A DNA stretch of 64,000 nucleotides from an uncultured virus (IMG/VR IMGVR_UViG_3300023687_000086). Lineage: Duplodnaviria; Heunggongvirae; Uroviricota; Caudoviricetes. This document shows, piece by piece, positions 51,325 through 60,791 of this stretch. The stretch lies in IMG/VR virus record IMGVR_UViG_3300023687_000086, one strand, 5' to 3'. Both the position numbers and the translations under genes were made by a program. The notes under the pieces were generated by a model. The model made no database searches and was not told the DNA's origin. It saw only the letters and a program-made list of their open reading frames with translations. Position 1 is the stretch's first letter; every line of letters begins with the position of its first letter.

Positions 51325-51851
51325 GCTGCACACCTCACAATAAAGTCACGGCACTTAACTCGAACGTGTCGGTATCCATCACTTTCGGCCGTGTGCCAAT
51401 TCGCAGAAAAATCGATATGATCGACAAGCTGCTCCGGTATTTCACATCCAAATCCATTGAATCCAATTTCTTCGTACATAACTCTACCAAGATTGTCTTC
51501 TGTTGCGCATACACCATGACCGTTGTTCCAGTTATTTGTGATTGCATCGAAATCGAGAATCTCGATATCTTCGAATCCATATTTAGCGAACTCTACGATT
51601 TCGCTAAAAAGATACGTTTTTGAAAGCACCTTTAAATTCTCTTCTGTAAGATCCGCTTCTTTTGCCGCACGCAAAACCTCACGGACCGTTTCAATCGGGT
51701 CAAATTCGCTAGGATCCAAAGTGCTATCATGGTCAACGACCATGTATTCGTGGTCCGGATTTAACTGAAGCGTCATAACGTCTCCAGATATATCCGCACA
51801 AACATCTGCAGCACCATTTGCAATTGTTAAATCTCTTACAACAATCTGCAT
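51321..51851 (-). CDS. Hypothetical acidic protein (weak ArdA-like C-terminus)
   Basis: EDNLGR...EIPEQLVDHIDF resembles ArdA EIPE.L..YIDY. Confidence 0.5.
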   Translation of the reverse strand: MQIVVRDLTIANGAADVCADISGDVMTLQLNPDHEYMVVDHDSTLDPSEFDPIETVREVLRAAKEADLTEENLKVLSKTYLFSEIVEFAKYGFEDIEILDFDAITNNWNNGHGVCATEDNLGRVMYEEIGFNGFGCEIPEQLVDHIDFSANWHTAESDGYRHVRVKCRDFIVRCAA

Positions 51852-52225
51852 TACGCTACCTCCACATACTGTTCTCTATGCCACAAATCGTGTCTCATCC
51901 ATTCAACATATGAAGAATAGAATCTAGCACCAAGGCTTCTAGCAAAGCTGAATCCTCGCCACTCGCACTGTTCTAGGATTTCTCTTGTGAATTCCTTAAT
52001 TGGTGTCTTATTCGTAGCGTCACACCCAGACCCAGTAGGAGCATATGGCTTATATTTAAACGTAACATTAAAGCCACGATCAAAACACTCACGCTGCACG
52101 TAAAGAACATTTCCTTTTGGGGTAATTACATAGAACCAGGAGGTTCCAGGCGCTTTTAATACACGGTATCCGCCAATAGCCTTAATCTGTTCGATTGCTT
52201 CTTGAAGTAATTCTGCTTTATTCAT
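51851..52225 (-). CDS. Hypothetical protein
   Basis: RBS GAAAGGAG, class-1 motif at 52268. Confidence 0.6.
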   Translation of the reverse strand: MNKAELLQEAIEQIKAIGGYRVLKAPGTSWFYVITPKGNVLYVQRECFDRGFNVTFKYKPYAPTGSGCDATNKTPIKEFTREILEQCEWRGFSFARSLGARFYSSYVEWMRHDLWHREQYVEVA

Positions 52226-52336
52226 AACTGTTCTCCTTTCGTGATAAAGCAATTGTTTTTTACCTACTTAAATATGGACACGATTAAAAGGTACAAAAAA
52301 ACACTCCCGAATTGATCGAGAGTGCCTTTGCTGTAA

Positions 52337-53233
52337 TTAGAGAGTGATTTCACCGGTCTTTCTGTTGTAGTAGTATGGATGGTCAGATAAAATATCTTCC
52401 GGTGCAACTTCCGTGGCATTTACCTGCTGCACCAACTCCATAAGTCCCGCATAATCGCTCTTGTCCATCGCTGGAAACAAAATAAGTTCATGGATGTTTG
52501 ACGGCAAAATGAAGAAATCTGACTGTACGCACTTAGCGAATTCGGAAAGCATATCCGGATACAACATAGTGGTCGCGCCATTAACCTTCGGTCCGTTGGA
52601 AACAATATAGAGACGCTGCAGCTGCATAACCTCCATAAGCTCGTCGTCCATTGGAATACCCATCATCTCTTCAAGAACTTCTCCCATTGGACGGACAACG
52701 TGCGGCAATAAGCGCGGAGTATTTGCTGACGCAGCTTCCCACAAGTCATCGACAGTTACGTTCCACAGCTTCAAATGTGAATTATGCAAAAGAATAGTCG
52801 CAGTCTCATTTTCCTTCTGCTCGAATAAACATAAGAATACTATTGCAAGATCCAAGTAATCTACATACGGAACGTCCTTCAATAGATCCTTGTTCCTGTC
52901 CTTGTTCACAAGCTTATAGATGACACGAGGCTTCACAGACTCGAAATCGTTGAAAAAGTCCACATCAAGATCCTGACTTGGCCGGTTGTTCTCGTAAATC
53001 TGCACCACCTTATCTAGCACTTCAGAAAAGCTAAGCTCCCCTTCTTTCATTCGACGGTAAAACTCGTTCAAATAGATTGTAGGCGAAATTGAACATCCTG
53101 GCTCGCGAATCACAAGGCCATCTAACTTGCGGTCATTGTTCTTTAGTACGGTTCGGATGCAGATCTCAGTGTCATCAGAAAATCTACTACTAAGGCTGAT
53201 TGGTACTTCTTTTAAGAATTCTTCATACAACAT
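52337..53233 (-). CDS. DUF5688-family protein
   Basis: ISPTIYLNEFY, YLDLAIVF, NGATTMLY, ILPSNIHELI, EVAPEDILSDHPYYY. Confidence 0.8.
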   Translation of the reverse strand: MLYEEFLKEVPISLSSRFSDDTEICIRTVLKNNDRKLDGLVIREPGCSISPTIYLNEFYRRMKEGELSFSEVLDKVVQIYENNRPSQDLDVDFFNDFESVKPRVIYKLVNKDRNKDLLKDVPYVDYLDLAIVFLCLFEQKENETATILLHNSHLKLWNVTVDDLWEAASANTPRLLPHVVRPMGEVLEEMMGIPMDDELMEVMQLQRLYIVSNGPKVNGATTMLYPDMLSEFAKCVQSDFFILPSNIHELILFPAMDKSDYAGLMELVQQVNATEVAPEDILSDHPYYYNRKTGEITL

Positions 53234-53516
53234 TTTTTTGTTCTCCTCTCATGTATGAGTTATTTGGTACTTTGTACCTGTTACATACTTAAATATGGGA
53301 GAAATTTTCATATACAAAAAAAAGAGACCCATGTATGGTCTCTTCATAAGCTCTTAGCATGAATTTTGTACATTCCGATAATACCATTCGTCTACTCGAT
53401 GGCCACGGTAATGTATCACCGATATCCATATTGATTCAGTTCTCTTTCAAACATCAGGCGTACGTGTATCTGGTAACCATCTCGTGTGCTGTAACGAGTA
53501 AAAATGCAAGATGTCT

Positions 53517-53749
53517 CCTCGATACCCTTGTTAGCCAGTATCCCTCTCGGCCATTCTTCTTCTCATATACTCCAACTCTCCACCTCGATACACTTATTAA
53601 TCAGTAGCCCTATCGGGCCAGCAATTAATGGGTTCTCAGTCCAGTCAACCTCGATACCCTTACTAACTGGTAGTCCTCTTGGACTCAAAAGGAAGTTCGA
53701 CGTAGATTTAGCTGCATCGACACCCTTGTAACTGGTAGCCTTCTCGGAC
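53517..53749. repeat. Regularly interspaced 36-nt repeats with 30-nt unique spacers (degenerate CRISPR-like orphan array)
   Basis: Repeats at 53517, 53583, 53649, 53715 (period 66), consensus CCTCGATACCCTTRYTAACYRGTAGCCCTCTCGGAC; decayed copies near 53452 and 53774. Confidence 0.7.
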
Positions 53750-53865
53750 GTCATATAGGGTGGCCTGTACGACAAGTTCTACCACATCTAATACGTAGTC
53801 CTACCTTGTTTTCCAGGGCCGGTTCGGCTAAAAGCCAGGACGATCGTTCGCCCAAATCAATTCTA

Positions 53866-54030
53866 TCAACTAGTTTCCAATAATTCAATGTCGGATTTTG
53901 CCATCTCCGATACGCTCTTATCACGTTCCACGAGAACAGATGTATCTAATTCACTAATGATTCTATACACATTCCCATCATAGATGTTTCGAACTTTCGA
54001 GTCCTCTAAATAAACAGTCTTCTTCTTCAT
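53866..54030 (-). CDS. Small beta-rich (SH3/KOW-like?) protein, 54 aa, upstream of repeat array
   Basis: MKKKTVYLEDSKVRNIYDGNVYRIISELDTSVLVERDKSVSEMAKSDIELLETS; RBS GAAAGGA. Confidence 0.5.
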   Translation of the reverse strand: MKKKTVYLEDSKVRNIYDGNVYRIISELDTSVLVERDKSVSEMAKSDIELLETS

Positions 54031-54091
54031 TACTTTAGTCCTTTCTCAAACAAGAAGGCCGAACCATTTTGGCGCGGCCTTTTCGTTTGAT

Positions 54092-57000
54092 CTAATTCGT
54101 TTTTGTTATCGTAACAACAACTTCGTCTAACCGAGCCTTTGCTTCATCAGAAACTGGTACTTCTTGGCCACCTTCTTTTGGTGTAAAGGTTATGTACACT
54201 GTTGTTGGCTCATTAAACGTTTCTGTATACTGTTTCGCGTTAGCTGGTTGCAACTTACGAACTCCAGTAGAATCTTTCACAAATACCTTAAAAATGTAGT
54301 CTTCAAACAACATTGTTGCGTCAGAATTTAATGTATATGTACCAGATGGTACCGTAAATTCTTGATACGAAAAGGCTTTGTTCCAGCCTTCTGCATGCAC
54401 GCTTGTCGCATCGGCCCATCGATTGTAATTTACGAGTAAATTCGTATCGACAGTGTATGTAACGCCATTTTGCGGATCTTGTGTCGAGCTAACGCCATTG
54501 ATATCCGGCAGTCTTGTGAACTGAACAGACAACTCATTTAATCGCTCGATTTCAGATTGTGTGATTACACCAGCATCGCTATTTGGCAGTTTTTCCACAA
54601 GTACATATATAACTGTATCTTCTGAAATTGTAATTATACTACTCTTATCTGTGTCACAAAGATATCTAGCACCTGCTGCCGTAACACCAATAACGGCGAT
54701 TTTTCCGGTGGACCATAACGAACTATAATCGGCGATCATCTTATATCGTCCAGGTTTTAAAACGAATGGTTCGTAAGAAACACGATGATTCCAAGTTTCC
54801 GCATGAAGTGCTGGGATTTCTTCTTTTCCGACCCAATAACTTTGTGCGAATTTAACGCTCGTTTCAACAGCTTTTGTCTCTCCAACAGAAAGTTCCATGA
54901 TCGGTTTTGTTGATTCTCCCCAACGATTCTTAATGAATTCAGCCTGACGGGTATCAATATTCTTCATCGAATCCGGGAATACAACCTTCGATACACCGGT
55001 GTACACTGGTGTGTTACCATTATCCAGCCAAAAAGCATTTGGAGCGATATTCTCGCAGCCATCAACGATTCTAATTTCACCTTCGTAGAAATGAGGGACC
55101 GCTAATAAAGTCTTTTTGTCCTTCGTATATAATAAACCATCGATGGCGGTATAATTAGGATTCGTATCTTTTGTTTCGTACCTTTTAATTGGTACGTAGG
55201 CATATGTAGAAACAGACAAACTGTTACCACTATTCAATGCGGCCGGGTATAATGTCTCTTTAATTGTTTGCTCATTAATATCCGGAATAAACTGGTATGA
55301 ATCTCCAATTACGAGCGTGTTGATGTTTTTGTTTCGTGAAAACGATAATTCACCAATATATTTCGTCTCATCCGGCATTACAAATGTATTATTTTCGAAT
55401 TCTGCAGCTCGTGGAATAGACACTAAACGCTCTTTTCCCTTTGTATAAAGGATACCATTATCGGTTTCGAAATGAGTGTTGCCTTCTTCTACGATAAATT
55501 CTTTAAACACACCATCTTTACCCATGTTATAAAATGTATGTGCGCCAACGCCAGAACCAATTTTCTCTACATTTTTCGGAATCACATAAGAAGAACCATT
55601 GTATGCCGTGTAGTGACAGAAGACGAAGTCATATAATTCATTGACATCTTCTCCAAGTATCATTTGTTGATCGCCGAATACATAATCATGGCCGGACGTA
55701 TTTGTTAAATACTGAATCGCTAACTGATTAACCACAAATTCAGTTGCATCTGGGAATGTATCTCGTAAAAATTTCATACCGCTTCCGGAACTGACTGCAA
55801 AACCACCAGTAAGCTTAGAAAAATCAACCTTTGTTATTCCATGGAACACACCCCTAAGGGAGACGTAACTGTTATTACCATTTTCTAGTACTAGTGTCTT
55901 TGCCTCTGCAGGCACGATATCAGGAGAAATCGTCCAAGTACCATTATCAACGGTTAACTCGTCATACGGGTACCGGAAAACATCACCTTCGCATGTATAT
56001 GTTCTGTGCGCCAAATGGCCACCAATATTAACATCTTCTCCGTTTGATGCAGAGATCAGGTCGTCTAGATACGCGGTGTCTGTAAATGCACTTGGACTTA
56101 CATAATCTAGATGGTCCGGTAAAGTCACGGACCTTAAATTTCTGCAGCCAGCAAAAGCCTCAGCGTCAATATAACGGACATGTTCACCCAAAACGACTTC
56201 TTCTAATCGGCTTCTCTTTAACATGTCTGCACTAAATGCGTTACGCGTTACGTACGGCAAATCATAGTACAGTTTTTTCGGACCGTTTCCACTCCACCGA
56301 ATCTGCTTTATGTTCTTTGATGCACTATATTTAACAGTTAAGGTATCGCACTTATCTACAAACGATGGGTCATAGGAGTCAAAATATGTGTTCTCGTCAA
56401 TCACAACATCTTTTAAATGGTTGTAATGATCTGATAAATAATACGGACCATCTCGATACTCTGGAGCTATTTCTGTAGATCCATCCGGCTTTAACACGTA
56501 ATTGTTATACAACCGTCCTTCAATCTTTAAATACGGTCCAGCATTTTCGAATACCACATCACTCGACAAATACAAATCATTTAATATTGGGGATCCATTA
56601 TTAAAATCAAATGTGACTGGATGATCGTAATAAAACGCATCTTGTCCTTTACCACTGCTTTTGCGCAATACGGTCAATTCCTTGTTATCCGGAAATACAA
56701 TCTTCTGTAAATTCGGGTATGCAACCGAAATGCCAGCTAAATCAACACTCTGGATCAGAACATCGTCGACTCGACTCGGAATGATTAGTTCTGTGATATT
56801 CGAATCCGAAGCAATTCGTTCCTTCATGTCAGATACAGTGAGTTTTGCCCCATGTTCGGATATTGAAATGTTAACCGGGATCACAGTTGTATATTTTCCC
56901 GCACGCAATTCCGGAACTGTATACCACATATCGCCCATAAACCCAGACTGCGTTTGGCCGCCGATAAAATAGTTATGTGCAGATCTTCCACCTGTTAACT

Positions 57001-57349
57001 CGTAGTCTTCTTCGGTACCTTCCCTATGAATCGAAAGTGTTCTTGGAATGCTCAAGTCGATACGTTTAGAATCCGGCAATGTATTCTTTGTAACACTGGC
57101 GTGCCACTGTAGCGGCCACTTAATCGGTTCTTTTGAGTTCTTCAACGACATTGATACCTTTGTTGGCACCTGGATTTCAAACTCGCCCTGTTCCGTCGCG
57201 TCAGCCGTTACAACAATATCCTGCGTTTGCTGATTCGGATTAGACTCTGCTGCGTAAGCAAACTGTGGTTGCGAAATCATCGTAACCGACAACAGACCCA
57301 AGCTAATCGCCCGTTTAATTGTGCTCAGTTTGAGATAACTGGATGTCAT
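54092..57349 (-). CDS. Large secreted BspA-type leucine-rich-repeat surface protein
   Basis: Signal peptide; IDAEAFAGCRNLRSVTLPD, NPNYTAIDGLLYTKDKKTLL repeats. Confidence 0.8.
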   Translation of the reverse strand: MTSSYLKLSTIKRAISLGLLSVTMISQPQFAYAAESNPNQQTQDIVVTADATEQGEFEIQVPTKVSMSLKNSKEPIKWPLQWHASVTKNTLPDSKRIDLSIPRTLSIHREGTEEDYELTGGRSAHNYFIGGQTQSGFMGDMWYTVPELRAGKYTTVIPVNISISEHGAKLTVSDMKERIASDSNITELIIPSRVDDVLIQSVDLAGISVAYPNLQKIVFPDNKELTVLRKSSGKGQDAFYYDHPVTFDFNNGSPILNDLYLSSDVVFENAGPYLKIEGRLYNNYVLKPDGSTEIAPEYRDGPYYLSDHYNHLKDVVIDENTYFDSYDPSFVDKCDTLTVKYSASKNIKQIRWSGNGPKKLYYDLPYVTRNAFSADMLKRSRLEEVVLGEHVRYIDAEAFAGCRNLRSVTLPDHLDYVSPSAFTDTAYLDDLISASNGEDVNIGGHLAHRTYTCEGDVFRYPYDELTVDNGTWTISPDIVPAEAKTLVLENGNNSYVSLRGVFHGITKVDFSKLTGGFAVSSGSGMKFLRDTFPDATEFVVNQLAIQYLTNTSGHDYVFGDQQMILGEDVNELYDFVFCHYTAYNGSSYVIPKNVEKIGSGVGAHTFYNMGKDGVFKEFIVEEGNTHFETDNGILYTKGKERLVSIPRAAEFENNTFVMPDETKYIGELSFSRNKNINTLVIGDSYQFIPDINEQTIKETLYPAALNSGNSLSVSTYAYVPIKRYETKDTNPNYTAIDGLLYTKDKKTLLAVPHFYEGEIRIVDGCENIAPNAFWLDNGNTPVYTGVSKVVFPDSMKNIDTRQAEFIKNRWGESTKPIMELSVGETKAVETSVKFAQSYWVGKEEIPALHAETWNHRVSYEPFVLKPGRYKMIADYSSLWSTGKIAVIGVTAAGARYLCDTDKSSIITISEDTVIYVLVEKLPNSDAGVITQSEIERLNELSVQFTRLPDINGVSSTQDPQNGVTYTVDTNLLVNYNRWADATSVHAEGWNKAFSYQEFTVPSGTYTLNSDATMLFEDYIFKVFVKDSTGVRKLQPANAKQYTETFNEPTTVYITFTPKEGGQEVPVSDEAKARLDEVVVTITKTN

Positions 57350-57827
57350 ACGTCAGCGTTCCTTTCCATTTTCCAGGTCGAACAGATTGACCGCTCGCCG
57401 GTTTTAAATTGCAGTGAACCAAAGTTTCGGTGTCAGGGTTTACATCATCATAAGAAAATACCGTCTTTGGGTCTTCCACTTCCATTGTTATCACTTCCGG
57501 ATTTTTATCAAATACGCCTTGTTTTTCTAGGTTGAAATTTGTACCATCTACAGAATCGACCTCATCTTTTGGTGCAACCATTAGTTGATACATCGGATCT
57601 ATATCGCCTTTAATTGCGATATCATATCCGCCGACTCCGCTTGTTGAGTCTAATGCTACCGATGTAGGCAATCCGACCGTAAAAGACGAACCAATAACAA
57701 CTTCTGCTTCGATCTGAGCTGTTCCTGAATTAGACATTGACGTTCTTTCAGAAGCCTGTACAGGCATCATACAAAAAATCAACGCAATAGCGGTGCCGGA
57801 TGCAATTATTCCATTACTCCACCTCAT
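57315..57827 (-). CDS. Secreted WxL/fimbrial-shaft-like protein
   Basis: Signal peptide; FTVGLP...GKWKGTLTYDI. Confidence 0.55.
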   Translation of the reverse strand: MRWSNGIIASGTAIALIFCMMPVQASERTSMSNSGTAQIEAEVVIGSSFTVGLPTSVALDSTSGVGGYDIAIKGDIDPMYQLMVAPKDEVDSVDGTNFNLEKQGVFDKNPEVITMEVEDPKTVFSYDDVNPDTETLVHCNLKPASGQSVRPGKWKGTLTYDIQLSQTEHN

Positions 57828-57838
57828 GATAAGCCTCC

Positions 57839-58303
57839 TTACTGCTTGTGAATAACCAAACCATCAACATTTGAGGCAGCAACAATCTCGTTCTTATGAA
57901 ACACGGTGATTTTATATTTCAAATCGTTCGCGCCATCATGAAGCACCTCATTCGTATACACATTCAATGGTTCTGCATCTCCAGGTTTAATTACACTAGA
58001 TTTGTGAACCTTCTGCCCATTGATGTATACGTCATACTGCAATGTGTATCCCTTTTCCTCGTTCGCCTCATCGTTTACAAGATAAATGTTTGGTTGATTC
58101 TCGGATACACTTACATCAGAACGTCCGGAAATATATGCCATATCGCTAACCTGGCTACTTGTTGTCTCGTTCGGAATATCAGCGATTGCAATGGTATTTG
58201 CCGGCTCTACGCTTCGCGTAAGATAAAACCACATAGCAGCGGCACCGGCAGCCATTGCAGCCACAACTCCGAGTGCAATTAGTATTCTTTTCTTTGACTT
58301 CAT
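57839..58303 (-). CDS. Membrane-anchored Ig-like protein
   Basis: N-terminal TM; LVNDEAN...LQYDV...SSVIKPG. Confidence 0.55.
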   Translation of the reverse strand: MKSKKRILIALGVVAAMAAGAAAMWFYLTRSVEPANTIAIADIPNETTSSQVSDMAYISGRSDVSVSENQPNIYLVNDEANEEKGYTLQYDVYINGQKVHKSSVIKPGDAEPLNVYTNEVLHDGANDLKYKITVFHKNEIVAASNVDGLVIHKQ

Positions 58304-58484
58304 ATAAACCCTTTCTACTGGTTAATCAATAATTGATAACCATCTGCAAAGAGCCACAAAATTCCGGTCCCTTTATTGAGGAACCGGATTGGCAGCCCAT
58401 GTTTAGAAAACTCTTTGGAGATCATCTCATAATCAGTGCAAAACTGTTGTATGCAACAATTAACGTCTCTTTGAAACGCGTCCA

Positions 58485-60104
58485 TTATGCGATTCCCTCT
58501 CTGTCTATGCGATCTTTCCAGTAACGCATACCTTTATCAAAAGTCGCCTTATCATAATAAAATGGCAACTTTGCTTCATCGTCCTTAAAAGACTTGACCG
58601 TAAGATCATGCGCTTGATATTTTGGGTACCTACCCTCATAAGCACGGCGCTTTCTTATGTAATTTCTGCGGATATAATCAAACGTCTTATCCGCATCGAT
58701 AACTTTCATTGGCCCCCGTTTTTGAGCACGTAACTTTTGATTTTCAATCAAAAGGTTCTTCGTTTCGTCCTGCATTCGAGCCACTTTCTCGTTCGCCTCA
58801 TCCGCTTGTTTCTTTGCATTTGCAACTAACTTCTTCATAGAGCCTAACTCTTTTGAAATTCGGTTGTATACTTTAACAAGACGAGAAAATAGATCCTCAA
58901 CGGTGACCTCAACCATATCAACCGGTTGTGGATCCAAATCATTGATCATACGAATCACTTCATTCGCCTGATCACGGCGTTTCTTTTCAGCCCGTTTCTC
59001 TTCCTTGGATATACCGTTATACTTCCACTTGATAAACGGATCCATAATAGGAAGTGCGCAATCTGGCTGAGCAAACTCGGATATTGAATCTCCGTGGTCC
59101 ACAAATACCGCACTATCTTTGGAATCATGGATACGTAAAATTCGTCCCACCATCTGGAACCAAAGTGGACGCGACTTAATGTGTCGGCAAGAAAACGCAT
59201 AATATACTTCCGGGCAATCAAATCCATACGTAAGCAATGCAGCGTTTACAAGGCCATCACAATCGCCATTCTTAAGCGCATCCAATAGGACTCTTCTCTC
59301 CGCAACGTCCATTTCGCCACTAATTACCCTAAAGTCATATCCGGCGGCGTTAAATATCTGGCAAACAGATTCGGCCATCTGAATTGTCACAGTGAATCCA
59401 ATGGCAGGCTTTCGCTCCGGATTATATTGCTCGTAGCAAGCAACCAAATCGCCCCAGATTTCGTTCTTATCGAACAGTTCCATCATCTGTCTGCCAGAAA
59501 ACTCTTCGCTCGTTGCACTATCGGACTTCATAGATGTAATGCCATCAATTGGTCTCGTATAATACTTAAGCGGAGTTAAGTAACCCTTCTTAATTAGCGT
59601 CGGAACGGTTTCTGCTACAAGGACATCATCAAAAACACCGAATTTATGGATTGGACCGGCTCCTTTCGTAAGAGCAAGTCCATCCATTCTCTCCGGAGTT
59701 GCAGTCAATCCAAGTACTCGGTCCGGGTTAATGGCATCTACCAACTTGAATGTCTGCTCGATGCCAATATGGACCTCATCAAAGATCAGCGTAATAGGAT
59801 GAATATCCGGTACATTCTTAATCTGAGTTCGAAGCGAATCTTTGGAAGCGATAATCGTATTCTTCCCTGTAAGCTCCGTTTTGTCAGCCCAGATAATATC
59901 TACGTCACCAAACTCATCATGCGCCTGCTTTATAAGTTCTAAGCGCGGCACGACAAAGATCTTAAGGCCTGGCAACTGCGACATAAGTGCGTTTGCGATA
60001 ACCGTTTTGCCGGCGCCGGTTGGAAGTGTGATACAAAGATCTAAGTCACTGTCTAATACCTGCTGCACAACGCGTTTTTGATAATCTCTTAGCTCTTTTG
60101 CCAT
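58485..60104 (-). CDS. SF2 DExH helicase (RadD/ResIII-like)
   Basis: LRDYQ, LPTGAGKT, DEVH, LTATPER, GFDCP, QMVGRILR. Confidence 0.9.
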   Translation of the reverse strand: MAKELRDYQKRVVQQVLDSDLDLCITLPTGAGKTVIANALMSQLPGLKIFVVPRLELIKQAHDEFGDVDIIWADKTELTGKNTIIASKDSLRTQIKNVPDIHPITLIFDEVHIGIEQTFKLVDAINPDRVLGLTATPERMDGLALTKGAGPIHKFGVFDDVLVAETVPTLIKKGYLTPLKYYTRPIDGITSMKSDSATSEEFSGRQMMELFDKNEIWGDLVACYEQYNPERKPAIGFTVTIQMAESVCQIFNAAGYDFRVISGEMDVAERRVLLDALKNGDCDGLVNAALLTYGFDCPEVYYAFSCRHIKSRPLWFQMVGRILRIHDSKDSAVFVDHGDSISEFAQPDCALPIMDPFIKWKYNGISKEEKRAEKKRRDQANEVIRMINDLDPQPVDMVEVTVEDLFSRLVKVYNRISKELGSMKKLVANAKKQADEANEKVARMQDETKNLLIENQKLRAQKRGPMKVIDADKTFDYIRRNYIRKRRAYEGRYPKYQAHDLTVKSFKDDEAKLPFYYDKATFDKGMRYWKDRIDREGIA

Positions 60105-60138
60105 AAATACACTCCTTTCTACATAGTCGTTACAACCA

Positions 60139-60582
60139 TTACGCTACTCCAGTGCTACCAAAGCCATTATCGCCACGTTCGGTTTCCGCAAATGCATCTA
60201 CAATGTGCAATTCCGGGCACTCACATGCCATAAAGATAATCTGCACAATCTTGTCGCCAGCATGGAATACATGATCAGTGTCACCAAAGTTATAAAGCTT
60301 TGCTACAACGGATCCAGTATAACCAGCATCGATAACGCCGCCACAAGAAACAACGGACGACTTGACGTTAAGACCAGACTTAGACTCCAGCTTACCGTAA
60401 TAACCCTTTGGAATCTCAAAATGAACACCGGTATCAATCGCAACACATCCATGTGCTGGAACAATAACATCTTCCTTTGCTCGTAAATCCAATCCTGCGT
60501 CTTCCGCATGACCTCTTACCGGCTTACAATGATTTGCGTCTAACATAATGTTCATGTTTTCTAACACTCTTTTTTCCTCCAT
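60139..60582 (-). CDS. dut: dUTP diphosphatase (start may be GTG 60567)
   Basis: DAGLDL, SKSGL, GVIDAGYTG, GDKIVQ, RGDNGFGSTG. Confidence 0.93.
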   Translation of the reverse strand: MEEKRVLENMNIMLDANHCKPVRGHAEDAGLDLRAKEDVIVPAHGCVAIDTGVHFEIPKGYYGKLESKSGLNVKSSVVSCGGVIDAGYTGSVVAKLYNFGDTDHVFHAGDKIVQIIFMACECPELHIVDAFAETERGDNGFGSTGVA

Positions 60583-60654
60583 ATCTATAAAAAAATCTTC
60601 TATTCCGTACTTAATTATGTGTAGAAATTTTGGAAACAAAAAAAACTACATATA

Positions 60655-60688
60655 TAATACGTATCATTGGATACTCTTTTGTGACAAA
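60655..60688 (-). promoter_or_regulatory. Class-2 34-bp motif, copy 5
   Basis: TAATACGTATCATT-GGATACTC-TTTTGTGACAAA (plus strand). Confidence 0.7.
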
Positions 60689-60791
60689 AAATGGGCACCA
60701 ACGTCCGTGGTACCATAAAATTATCTACTCAAATATGGGTACGAATTATGGAAAATAAAAAAAGAGCCGATATAATCGACTCTTTTATCTA

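Noticed and set aside
53517..53749. Canonical active CRISPR-Cas locus
   Set aside because: Repeats differ at many positions and no cas gene is recognisable in the window; kept as CRISPR-like only
53563..53775. Short ORFs across the 66-nt array (53563-53775 minus; 53504-53731 and 53359-53607 plus) as a 22-aa repeat protein
   Set aside because: No RBS, an in-frame stop between repeats, a 1-nt deletion in repeat 4, and substitutions not confined to third codon positions
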